From the NCBI RefSeq assembly GCF_014396165.1, contig NZ_CP060715.1, forward strand, positions 750,001-782,000: DNA of 32,000 bases. The letters run 5' to 3'. Source of the DNA: Erysipelothrix inopinata. GTDB taxonomy: Bacteria > Bacillota_I > Bacilli_A > Erysipelotrichales > Erysipelotrichaceae. Made by a program: the position numbers and the translations under genes. Each line of letters starts with the position of its first letter. The stretch's first letter is position 1. This document shows, one piece after another, positions 1 to 8,007 of the stretch. The notes under the pieces are model-generated. The model did not search any database. It had not been told where the DNA came from and was given only the letters and a program-made list of their open reading frames with translations.

Positions 1-660
1 CCTGGGTCATCAGTATTAGTGTTTACACGAACAAAACGTGGTGCTGACCGTGTCGTGAAAGATTTACAACGACGTCAAATATCAGCACTTGCCATTCATG
101 GAAATAAATCGCAGAATGCACGCCAACGCGCCTTGAGTAGTTTTGAGGATTATGAAATTCAAGTACTTGTCGCAACAGATATCGCATCGCGTGGAATTGA
201 CATTAATGAATTGGGTTATGTTGTGAACTATGACATGCCAGATGTTCCTGAAACTTATGTTCACCGAATCGGTCGTACCGGTAGAGCAGGGCATGAAGGA
301 CACTCCATTTCATATGTTAACTATCAAGAAATTGAATTGTTGGAAGATATCGAGAAGTTAATTGGTAAAAACATAGAGGTTATCGACAATCCAGACTTCC
401 CTCTAGTAGATAAAACGGAAAAAGTAAATAAGAGTAAAGCAAATCGCCACAAGAAGAAACAAGAATCAATTCAAACGAAATCGGACAGAAACGATTCAAA
501 GACAAAAGACAATCGCCATAGAAAAAATAGACAAAAGAGTGAACCATGGCGTAAGTCAGAAGGAAAGAAATCAAATAATAAAAAATCTGGGGATAAAAAA
601 CCAGGCAATCGTACACAAAAAGCAAAACGAGAAGCGAATAAGAGAAAACGCAAGGGGTAG
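1..660 (+). CDS. DEAD-box ATP-dependent RNA helicase, C-terminal part (5' end lies outside the window)
   Basis: Frame 1 is open from base 1 (PGSSVLVFTRTKRGAD...). Helicase C-domain motifs VATDIASRGIDI and HRIGRTGRAG are present. The last ~90 aa are a Lys/Arg/Asn/Ser-rich basic tail. Stop TAG at 658-660. Confidence 0.9.
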   Translation, partial: PGSSVLVFTRTKRGADRVVKDLQRRQISALAIHGNKSQNARQRALSSFEDYEIQVLVATDIASRGIDINELGYVVNYDMPDVPETYVHRIGRTGRAGHEGHSISYVNYQEIELLEDIEKLIGKNIEVIDNPDFPLVDKTEKVNKSKANRHKKKQESIQTKSDRNDSKTKDNRHRKNRQKSEPWRKSEGKKSNNKKSGDKKPGNRTQKAKREANKRKRKG

Positions 661-663
661 GTC

Positions 664-867
664 ATGGATCCAAAACAACGAAAAAATATTAAACCAGGAC
701 TTCATGTTCTTGTAGTACAGAAACAAGATCAACGTACCGGTGTTACTACTGAAGGTTATGTTGATAGACTGCTTACAAATTCACAGTATCATCCCCATGG
801 AATTAAGGTAATGTTACAAAGTGGAATCGTAGGACGTGTTTGTGAAATCTTAGATGATCACAATTAG
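664..867 (+). CDS. ywbE: YwbE-family small conserved protein (DUF2196)
   Basis: 67 aa. The pattern KPGLHVLVVQKQDQRTGVTTEGYV...HPHGIKVML.SG.VGRV is typical of the YwbE family as I recall it. SD AAGGGG lies 6 nt upstream of the ATG. Confidence 0.75.
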   Translation: MDPKQRKNIKPGLHVLVVQKQDQRTGVTTEGYVDRLLTNSQYHPHGIKVMLQSGIVGRVCEILDDHN

Positions 868-884
868 GGAAGAGAGAAATAAAT

Positions 885-2216
885 ATGAGTACAGTAACAA
901 AGAATGAAAAATTAGAATTAGAATTTATTGATTTAACGTTTAAAGGAATGGGTGTTGCGAAAGTTGATGGTTTTCCTGTTTTTGTAGAGGGTGTCTTACC
1001 AGGGGAAAAAGCTGTCGTTAAAATCGATCGAGTTACAAGCCGTTACGCATTTGGAGAACTTGTTGAACTTAAATCACGTTCTTCTGAACGTGTTGAAGTA
1101 AAAGCAAAACATCAATCACTTACGAGCATTGCTCCATTACAACATATTTCATATGAAAAACAACTTGAATTTAAAACTAAACTTGTGAAAGATGCACTAT
1201 CAAAAGAAGGATTTACAGATGTTGAAGTACGTGAAACCATGGCATCACCACTTGATTGGCATTATCGTAATAAGACAGTAATTCCTGTACGAAGTATCGA
1301 TAAGAAAATGGTTACGGGCATTCTTGATAGAAAAACGCGTCACCTTGTTCCTGTTGATAACTTTAAGATGAACAATGAAGGTATCGATGAAATTGTCACA
1401 AAGGTTAAAGATATCCTTGTTGAATTTAATGAGAAACCTTATGATCAACGTACGCATACTGGAAACATTCGTCATATTATTGTACGTAAGGGATTTTACA
1501 CTGATGAAGTCATGATTACAATTGTGACACGTTCAAAGAGCCTTTTCCCAGTTTCAAAAATTGTACCTGCAATTATTGATGCAATTCCAAATACTGTAAG
1601 CATTATTCATAATGTTAATGGCGCGAAAACAGCACAAGTTATGGGTGATTTATCCGAAGTCATTTATGGAGAGTCCTTTATCGTTGAACGCATTTTAGAT
1701 GAATCATTCCTTGTTCCATCCACATCTTTCTTGCGTGCAAATACGCTTCAATCAGAAGCTATGATTAATACTATTTTCGGGTTGTTGAATCTGGAAGGTA
1801 ACGAATCAGTTGTTGATGTTAATTCAAGCGTTGGAATCCTTTCAATTCTCATGGCTGATAAAGTTAAACGAATTGTTGGTATCGATGTTGTGGATGATAA
1901 TGTCGAAATTGCTGAAGTTAATGCGGAAAATAATGGCGTTTCAAACGTTAAGTTTGTCCAAGGACATCCTGGAAATGTGAATGAGTTGATTGAATTTTCG
2001 CCTCAGGTAGTGGTTGTTGATTCACCTCGTGAAACAGTTGAAAACATTGCAGCCTTAAATTCAGACAAAATTGTTTATATAGGCGGAGATATCGCAAAAA
2101 TGACACAAGATTTAGGATGCTTTATTGAATCAGGTTATAAACTTGAAGTCGTACAACCTGTAGATATGGCTCCTCAAACAACACAAGTCGAATCCATTTG
2201 CCTCTTATCTAAGTAA
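885..2216 (+). CDS. RumA/RlmCD-family 23S rRNA (uracil-C5)-methyltransferase homolog, catalytically degenerate
   Basis: The N-terminal TRAM domain (GMGVAKVDGFPVFVEGVLPGEKAVVKI) and full-length colinearity with B. subtilis RlmCD are clear. The Fe-S cysteines, the SAM glycine motif and the SCNP nucleophile are all replaced (see finding). Confidence 0.8.
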   Translation: MSTVTKNEKLELEFIDLTFKGMGVAKVDGFPVFVEGVLPGEKAVVKIDRVTSRYAFGELVELKSRSSERVEVKAKHQSLTSIAPLQHISYEKQLEFKTKLVKDALSKEGFTDVEVRETMASPLDWHYRNKTVIPVRSIDKKMVTGILDRKTRHLVPVDNFKMNNEGIDEIVTKVKDILVEFNEKPYDQRTHTGNIRHIIVRKGFYTDEVMITIVTRSKSLFPVSKIVPAIIDAIPNTVSIIHNVNGAKTAQVMGDLSEVIYGESFIVERILDESFLVPSTSFLRANTLQSEAMINTIFGLLNLEGNESVVDVNSSVGILSILMADKVKRIVGIDVVDDNVEIAEVNAENNGVSNVKFVQGHPGNVNELIEFSPQVVVVDSPRETVENIAALNSDKIVYIGGDIAKMTQDLGCFIESGYKLEVVQPVDMAPQTTQVESICLLSK

Positions 2217-2366
2217 ATTAAATTGTGAAATGATGAGATGAATAAACTTAATTGTTAAAAATATTCTCGAATATCAATATAATGGAATAAGTACCGAAGA
2301 ATAAAGACTAAATACTTGTTCAGGAATTCAATATGCATGCTAAAATTCAATTAATAGAGGTGGCAT

Positions 2367-2582
2367 ATGAAACGTATCGATTGTTTAGGAGATATTTGTC
2401 CAATTCCAATTCTTAATCTGCAAAAGGAATTGGAAAGTATTCATAATGGAAATGAAGTTACTTTAGTAACGGATCACAGTTGTACGCTGCAATCCGTGAA
2501 TGACTTCTGTGCAATGCACAATCTTAAATATACGGCGGATGAAGTAATATCGGGCGTATGGGAAATCATCATCACAAATTAA
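2367..2582 (+). CDS. TusA/SirA-like sulfur carrier protein
   Basis: 71 aa with the N-terminal DCLGDICPIPIL (CPxP active-site Cys motif). SD GAGGTGG upstream. Confidence 0.85.
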   Translation: MKRIDCLGDICPIPILNLQKELESIHNGNEVTLVTDHSCTLQSVNDFCAMHNLKYTADEVISGVWEIIITN

Positions 2583-2587
2583 AAAAG

Positions 2588-2613
2588 AAACCCTACACAT
2601 TGTGTAGGGTTTT
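2588..2613. terminator. Bidirectional rho-independent terminator between convergent tusA-like and lysR genes
   Basis: AAACCCTACA-CATTG-TGTAGGGTTT hairpin flanked by an A-run and a T-run. Confidence 0.75.
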
Positions 2614-3497
2614 TAGCATTTCGTTTCATTGAGTTTATAAGTAATAAAATCGATGATATCTTCATTACCATAACAGCGGCGTTTCGTTCGAATGAGTGAA
2701 TACTGACATTGGTAGTCAAATCCTTTCAGCCGTACGATTCGTAATTGTTTGTTGTAGAGCTCTTTTTTAATAACCATATAAGGGAGAAAGGCGAGTCCAT
2801 ATCCACGAGTAATCGAAGTTTTAATGGATTCAATTGAATCCATATCATATGGGATCTTCAGACTGTCTATATTGACACCAATTGTATTTAAATACTGGTT
2901 TAAGAGGAGTCTTGATTTTTGAGAGTTTGCAAGCATTAGTAGTGGATAGTTTGCAAGTTCATCAATATCAAGCGTTTCAGGGAGATTACTATCATAACTT
3001 GTAACGAGATAGTAAGGGTCTTTGAAAGCGGGAATGGATATTAATTCGGGGTGTTGAGACTCTCCGACGATAAATCCAATGTGTGCGCGACCATTAGCAA
3101 TGGCCTTCTCCACGGTATCACTTGGAAATGTTTCAAGATTCAATGAGTAATTATCGAAATTTTGACTGACATGAAATAGAGTACAGGGAAGGGCATAAGA
3201 GTTAATTATGGGGGTAGAATAGATCGTTAATGTTGAACAACTTGGTGTTTGCATGGCATGAATCATTTCGTGATGCGTATCTACAATTTGCTGTGCATAC
3301 TCAACGAATACCTTACCTTGGTCGGTTAGAGTAACACCACGTGGTGATCGATTAAAAAGTTGAACATCCATTTCTTCTTCTAGTGATCTAATTTGTTGAC
3401 TCAATGCAGGTTGTGAAATGTTTGCTTGCTGTGCAGCATATGTAATACTTTCAAATTTCGCAACATTAATTAATGATTGGTACAATGATATATTCAT
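2613..3497 (-). CDS. LysR-family transcriptional regulator
   Basis: N-terminal wHTH (ITYAAQQANISQPALSQQIRSLEEEMDVQLFNRSPRGVTLT) followed by a LysR substrate-binding fold. I prefer the ATG at 3497 (MNISLYQ), which has GGAGGG 6 nt upstream, over the longer 3527 ORF start. Confidence 0.9.
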   Translation of the reverse strand: MNISLYQSLINVAKFESITYAAQQANISQPALSQQIRSLEEEMDVQLFNRSPRGVTLTDQGKVFVEYAQQIVDTHHEMIHAMQTPSCSTLTIYSTPIINSYALPCTLFHVSQNFDNYSLNLETFPSDTVEKAIANGRAHIGFIVGESQHPELISIPAFKDPYYLVTSYDSNLPETLDIDELANYPLLMLANSQKSRLLLNQYLNTIGVNIDSLKIPYDMDSIESIKTSITRGYGLAFLPYMVIKKELYNKQLRIVRLKGFDYQCQYSLIRTKRRCYGNEDIIDFITYKLNETKC

Positions 3498-3547
3498 GAC
3501 TATCCCTCCGTCTGCCAATATTATCACAATATTTCCTGTACGTTACA

Positions 3548-3572
3548 AGGTCATAAGTAAAACAAATGACCT
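3548..3572. promoter_or_regulatory. LTTR recognition box (perfect T-N11-A palindrome) in the lysR / yeeE divergent region
   Basis: AGGTCAT-N11-ATGACCT: perfect 7-bp inverted arms with exactly an 11-nt spacer. It is centred ~63 bp upstream of the start predicted from an extended -10 (TGgTATATT, 3608-3616) that has no good -35. Confidence 0.6.
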
Positions 3573-3663
3573 ATAAAAATGAAGTATTACCTCTATTGAT
3601 AGAATAATGGTATATTAGTTGTGTAAACTTGTTAAATATATAACAAAGTTAAGGAGGGAAGCT

Positions 3664-4350
3664 ATGACAGAGATTTCTAATGGGGAAATCAGAAGACAAC
3701 GTCCAAAGCGTAAACCTAAGAAAAGTCAGATACCTTGGGCAATCTTAGTTACCATTGCTGTTGTCACAATTGGGTTTGCGTTGAAGACACGTGATCCTAA
3801 GTTGCCAATTTATTGGGGATTTGGAATTCTGTTTGGATATGTATTACAACGTTCACGGTTCTGCTTTACCGCAGCATTCCGTGATCCATGTATTACTGGA
3901 AGTACATCAGTAACTCGAGCAGTGCTTGTTGCTGTTGGACTGGGTTCAATCGGTATTGGTGGTATTAAACTGGGAGCACAACTTAACGGTGCTGATCCCG
4001 CAATACTAATGCAAGGTGTTAATCCAATTGGGTTACCACTAATTATTGGTGCTATCTTATTTGGTATCGGTATGGTTATCGCTGGAGGTTGTGCTTCAGG
4101 AACCTTGATGCGAGTAGGTGAAGGATTCACCATGCAAATGATTTCACTCTTCTTCTTCGTTGTTGGCTCACTATGGGGAGCACATGATATGGGAACGATT
4201 TGGAAAAGTATGAATGATTCGGCTCCGAAAATATTTATGCCAGATGTACTCGGCTGGTTTGGAGCGATTGTATCGCAACTCTTAATTATTGTATTACTGT
4301 ATATTGCCGCAGTTAAATGGCAAAAGAAAAAAATGGGAAGTGCTGAATAG
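3664..4350 (+). CDS. YeeE/YedE-family sulfur (thiosulfate) transporter, N-terminal half-protein
   Basis: Polytopic membrane protein with the conserved Cys motifs RSRFCFTAAFRDP and AGGCASGTL. The ATG at 3664 is preceded by AAGGAGGGA. The ORF-track TTG at 3619 has no SD. Confidence 0.85.
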   Translation: MTEISNGEIRRQRPKRKPKKSQIPWAILVTIAVVTIGFALKTRDPKLPIYWGFGILFGYVLQRSRFCFTAAFRDPCITGSTSVTRAVLVAVGLGSIGIGGIKLGAQLNGADPAILMQGVNPIGLPLIIGAILFGIGMVIAGGCASGTLMRVGEGFTMQMISLFFFVVGSLWGAHDMGTIWKSMNDSAPKIFMPDVLGWFGAIVSQLLIIVLLYIAAVKWQKKKMGSAE

Positions 4351-4367
4351 CACAGGAGGAAAATAAA

Positions 4368-4595
4368 ATGAAAGAATTTGAATTAGATTGCATTGGGGAA
4401 GCATGCCCTATTCCATTGATGAAAACAGAAAAGAAAATGGAAGATTTATCAGTTGGTGATGTATTAGTAGTTCATATTGATCACAGTTGTGCAATGAAAA
4501 ACGTACCAGAATGGGCACGTAAACAAGGTCATAATGTTGAAATTGATGAAGTTGATGATGGAGAATGGGATTTAATCATTCAAAAAGCAAAATAG
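4368..4595 (+). CDS. TusA/YeeD-like sulfur carrier protein
   Basis: 75 aa with DCIGEACPIPLM (CPxP). It lies between the two YeeE halves. SD AGGAGGA. Confidence 0.85.
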   Translation: MKEFELDCIGEACPIPLMKTEKKMEDLSVGDVLVVHIDHSCAMKNVPEWARKQGHNVEIDEVDDGEWDLIIQKAK

Positions 4596-4610
4596 GTAAA
4601 GGAGAAAAGG

Positions 4611-5159
4611 ATGAAAGCATTTTTTATAAAGTTAGGAAATAATGAAATTTATAAAAAACTCATGAAAGAACCTTTAACTTATGTTGCTGGTGCTGCAATT
4701 CTTGCAGTGTTAAATATTGCTCACTTTGCAGTATTCTCGAATGGTTGGGGTGTTACAGGTACCTTTGCTAACTGGGGAGCATGGCTTTATCAGTTAGTAG
4801 GCGGCGATGTTTCCTCTTGGGTATATTTTGCAGGCGAGAAGACACAAAAAACACTTGCTGCAGGATTTCTTAATGATGGGGGATCCATTCGAAATGTGGG
4901 GATTATCGTGGGAGCATTAGCTGCAACACTATACGCTTCACAGTTTAAGTTAAAGAAAATTAAGAATAAGAAACAAATCGTTGCTGCTGTATTGGGCGGT
5001 CTCTTAATGGGATATGGTGCTCGTATGGCTAACGGATGTAATATTGGTGCGCTCTTTACTGCGATATCAGCATTCTCATTATCAGGATGGGTGTTTGGCG
5101 CATTCCTCTTAGTAGGTGCTTATTTCGGAAGTAAGTTACTTGCGAAATACTTTATGTAA
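4611..5159 (+). CDS. YeeE/YedE-family sulfur transporter, C-terminal half-protein
   Basis: Membrane protein with the conserved ANGCNIGALF Cys motif. SD AAGGAGA. Confidence 0.85.
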   Translation: MKAFFIKLGNNEIYKKLMKEPLTYVAGAAILAVLNIAHFAVFSNGWGVTGTFANWGAWLYQLVGGDVSSWVYFAGEKTQKTLAAGFLNDGGSIRNVGIIVGALAATLYASQFKLKKIKNKKQIVAAVLGGLLMGYGARMANGCNIGALFTAISAFSLSGWVFGAFLLVGAYFGSKLLAKYFM

Positions 5160-5168
5160 GGAGAAATC

Positions 5169-6374
5169 ATGGAAAAAAGAATTGAAGAATATGATGTAGT
5201 AATTATTGGTGGTGGTCCTGCAGGACTTACCGCAGGAATCTACTGTGGACGTGCTCGACTTAAAACATTAATTATTGAAAAATCATTAATTGGTGGCCTT
5301 GCAACTTACACAAGTGAGATTGAGAATTATCCAGGATATCCAGAGGGAACCAGTGGGATGGATCTTACCAGTGACTTCCACAAGCAAGCTAAAAACTACG
5401 GAGTTAAATTTAAATTAACAGATGTGCGTTCTGTTGAAGATAAAGGTGATATTAAAGTAGTTGAGACATTTAGAACAGACTATCATGCAAAATGTGTCAT
5501 TGTATGTACGGGTGGTAAGCCGCGGTTAACAGGAGCAATTGATGAAGACTTATATCTTTATGATAAAGGTATTTCGTTCTGTGCAACATGTGACGCGGCA
5601 GCTAATACAGACAAAACAGTTCTTGTGGTGGGAAGCGGTGATGCTGCCATTGAAGAAGGTATGTTCCTGACAAAATTCGCGAAAGAAGTTATTGTTTCAA
5701 TAATTCATGATGAAGGAATTATGGACTGTAACGAAATTGCGAAAAACCAAGCGCTTAACAATCCTAAGATGTCATTCTTATGGAATACAGGCGTGAAGCG
5801 TTATGAAGGGGATGAACGTCTTCACACAGTAGTTCTTGAAAATATCCGCACAAAAGAAGAAGTTCCTGTTACTGTGGATAGTTGTTTCCTATTTATCGGC
5901 TATCTACCAAATACTGATATCTTTGAAAATATGTTAGACATGACAGCTCAAGGATATTTAAAAGTTAACGAACATATGGAAACAAACATACCAGGAATCT
6001 TTGCTGCAGGTGACGTCTGTGATAAGACAATTCGTCAAGTTGCGACAGCAGTTGGTGATGGTGCTATTGCAGGATGTAGTGTTGAAAAATATCTTGCTGA
6101 ATCAGAAGTATTCGAAAAACAAATTCTCAATGATGGTAAGAAGACCTTAGTTTATCTCTACGACGGTAGTGATGCAAAACAAAGAGAACATTTATCATTC
6201 ATTGAAGAATTAGAAAATGACGTGGATGTAGTCCGTGTTGATGTTTATAAATCAAAAGGCCTTGCAAGACGTCTTCATGTTGAACAATTTCCTACGATTG
6301 TAATCATGAATAATAATAATGTTGAAACACGCATTGACAGTATTTCTAAAGAATCTGTCAAAAACTATCTATAA
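5169..6374 (+). CDS. Thioredoxin-reductase-like FAD-dependent disulfide oxidoreductase fused to a C-terminal Cys-less thioredoxin-fold domain
   Basis: GGGPAGLTAG FAD motif, redox CATC (nt 5580-5591), GSGDAAIEEG dinucleotide motif, FAAGD. The ~90-aa C-terminal extension aligns to thioredoxin, including the cis-Pro (QFPTIVIM), but has DGSDAK where WCGPCK would be. Confidence 0.8.
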   Translation: MEKRIEEYDVVIIGGGPAGLTAGIYCGRARLKTLIIEKSLIGGLATYTSEIENYPGYPEGTSGMDLTSDFHKQAKNYGVKFKLTDVRSVEDKGDIKVVETFRTDYHAKCVIVCTGGKPRLTGAIDEDLYLYDKGISFCATCDAAANTDKTVLVVGSGDAAIEEGMFLTKFAKEVIVSIIHDEGIMDCNEIAKNQALNNPKMSFLWNTGVKRYEGDERLHTVVLENIRTKEEVPVTVDSCFLFIGYLPNTDIFENMLDMTAQGYLKVNEHMETNIPGIFAAGDVCDKTIRQVATAVGDGAIAGCSVEKYLAESEVFEKQILNDGKKTLVYLYDGSDAKQREHLSFIEELENDVDVVRVDVYKSKGLARRLHVEQFPTIVIMNNNNVETRIDSISKESVKNYL

Positions 6375-6411
6375 TAAATTTGTCTTGTTCATTCTCTGAC
6401 ACGACACTTTG

Positions 6412-6436
6412 AAACCGATGCAAATCGGTTTTTTTA
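6412..6436 (+). terminator. Rho-independent terminator of the sulfur operon
   Basis: AAACCGAT-GCAA-ATCGGTTT followed by a T-run. Confidence 0.8.
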
Positions 6437-6513
6437 TACCGAGTTATTCATACTTCGATGTTATAATGAGAAAGAGTTAATCTATAAAAAAATATTGAAG
6501 GAAGGTATTAATA

Positions 6514-7131
6514 ATGAAAAAATCAGTTCTAATTCTAATAATGGTATTACTACTAACAGGATGTGTGGGGAAATCTAATAAGTCAGATGGAGATTATGAA
6601 TCAATTCTATCTAAAGAAACAAATCCTGTAGCAACACTTACCATGGCGAATGGTAATATTATCGAAATAGAACTGTACCCTGAAATTGCTCCGAATACTG
6701 TTAATAATTTTATTGAACTTGCGAATAGTGGGTTCTATGATGGATTAAAATTTCATCGGGTCATTTCTGGATTTATGATTCAAGGAGGCGATCCTATGGG
6801 AACAGGAATGGGCGGCCCGGGTTATGCAATCAAAGGGGAATTCAATTCCAACGACTTTAAAAATCCTGTTAATCATGAGAGAGGTATAATCTCTATGGCG
6901 CGAAGTCAAGCGAAGGATTCTGCTGGATCACAGTTCTTTATCGTCCACCAAGACTCAGCACACTTAAACGGAGAATATGCAGCTTTTGGTAAGGTTATCG
7001 AAGGAATGGATCATGTTGATGCAATTGCAGGTGTAAAAACCCATAAAGACATGCCAGAAGTAGAACAAGTTATCCAAGAAATTCGTGTTGATCTTAAAGA
7101 TTACTCAGCCCAACCTGTTGAAAAAATATAA
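6514..7131 (+). CDS. Cyclophilin-type peptidyl-prolyl cis-trans isomerase, lipoprotein
   Basis: Signal peptide with lipobox LLTGC. Cyclophilin core FHRVISGFMIQGGDP...SMAR...GSQFFI. Confidence 0.9.
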   Translation: MKKSVLILIMVLLLTGCVGKSNKSDGDYESILSKETNPVATLTMANGNIIEIELYPEIAPNTVNNFIELANSGFYDGLKFHRVISGFMIQGGDPMGTGMGGPGYAIKGEFNSNDFKNPVNHERGIISMARSQAKDSAGSQFFIVHQDSAHLNGEYAAFGKVIEGMDHVDAIAGVKTHKDMPEVEQVIQEIRVDLKDYSAQPVEKI

Positions 7132-7133
7132 CT

Positions 7134-7173
7134 AAAAGCCGAAGTTCACAATATGAGACCTTCGGCTTTTTTG
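7134..7173. terminator. Bidirectional terminator shared by the PPIase gene (+) and tRNA-Pro (-)
   Basis: AAAAGCCGAAG...CTTCGGCTTTT: 11-bp stem, ~15-nt loop, flanking A and T runs. Confidence 0.7.
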
Positions 7174-7179
7174 ATTATT

Positions 7180-7256
<77 letters not shown>

Positions 7257-7317
7257 GTTATGAGTATATTGTAGCACTATAAAAGTTATATTAAACAGAT
7301 ATCAAAGCTAATAGCAG

Positions 7318-7345
7318 AAAAAAAACAACCTTGAGGTTGTTTTTA
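7318..7345 (-). terminator. Rho-independent terminator after the FMN reductase gene
   Basis: AACAACC-TTGA-GGTTGTT flanked by A and T runs, directly after the stop codon. Confidence 0.7.
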
Positions 7346-7921
7346 CTATTGAAATGGAAAGGTCGTGAAATTGGCACGATTACTGATATGTTCGTTCCAA
7401 TATTTAGTATTTTCCACGATATCACTTCCAAGTTGTTGAATTCGACGATGAATATCTTCGTTGGTAATTTGATTGTTCTCAAAATCTGAATCAATAATAA
7501 ATACATATTTTTGAATAAGATACGCACCAAGATATGACAAGATTGGCTTAAGTTGTTGCTCAGCCATCAAGAAATATTTAGGGGATCCTGAAGTGACAAT
7601 GATACCTACTGCTTTACCACGAAGTCCATTCATTGGAATGAGATCGAAGATATTTTTTAAAGCTCCGGGTATTGAGGTTTGATAGGTTGGTGTGCCAACA
7701 ATGATTGCATCTGCACTCATAATTTCCTGGATTAACTGCTGGGTATCCTCGTTATATTGATGGATTGGTCGTCCATCACTAAATTGTAGATCATACTCTC
7801 CGATTTGAACAATTTTTGTTTCAACATCGGGGTAGGTATTGTTGATGTGGTTGATTACATTCTCTAATGCAACCAGGGTTTTTCTACCAGAAACCGAACC
7901 AGTTAGTGCAATTACTTTCAT
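7346..7921 (-). CDS. NAD(P)H-dependent FMN reductase family oxidoreductase
   Basis: Flavodoxin-like MKVIALTGSVSGRKT...GTPTYQTSIPGALKNIFD. The ATG at 7921 is preceded by GGAGAA. The ORF-track start at 7933 has no SD. Confidence 0.85.
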   Translation of the reverse strand: MKVIALTGSVSGRKTLVALENVINHINNTYPDVETKIVQIGEYDLQFSDGRPIHQYNEDTQQLIQEIMSADAIIVGTPTYQTSIPGALKNIFDLIPMNGLRGKAVGIIVTSGSPKYFLMAEQQLKPILSYLGAYLIQKYVFIIDSDFENNQITNEDIHRRIQQLGSDIVENTKYWNEHISNRANFTTFPFQ

Positions 7922-8007
7922 ACTATTCTCCAATCATTATGGGTTAATAACCTCTGTTATTATAAGCTTTAAACACTTTAATAACATCAATTAAACCCCA
8001 AGAATGA

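Noticed and set aside
400-660. Repetitive A/G-rich DNA at the end of the helicase gene, considered as a possible tandem repeat or non-coding element.
   Set aside because: It is in frame and encodes the Lys/Arg/Asn/Ser-rich basic tail common in DEAD-box helicases. I saw no exact nucleotide periodicity.
2217-2366. Possible riboswitch or regulatory RNA upstream of the orphan tusA-like gene. Includes a direct repeat AATTCAAT at 2325-2332 and 2344-2351.
   Set aside because: I could find no conserved riboswitch core (SAM, T-box or similar), no stable stem-terminator, and no copy of the AGGTCAT-N11-ATGACCT box. Short AT-rich 8-mers repeat by chance in this composition.
3810-4133. Antisense and overlapping ORFs inside well-supported genes. 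Examples: 82-303(-), 380-625(-), 3810-4133(-), 8654-8920(+), 13108-13434(-), 14395-14868(-), 27212-27517(-), 7291-7530(-).
   Set aside because: All lie fully within genes whose products have clear family motifs. They lack SD sequences and have odd, low-complexity compositions. They are shadow ORFs typical of AT-rich DNA.
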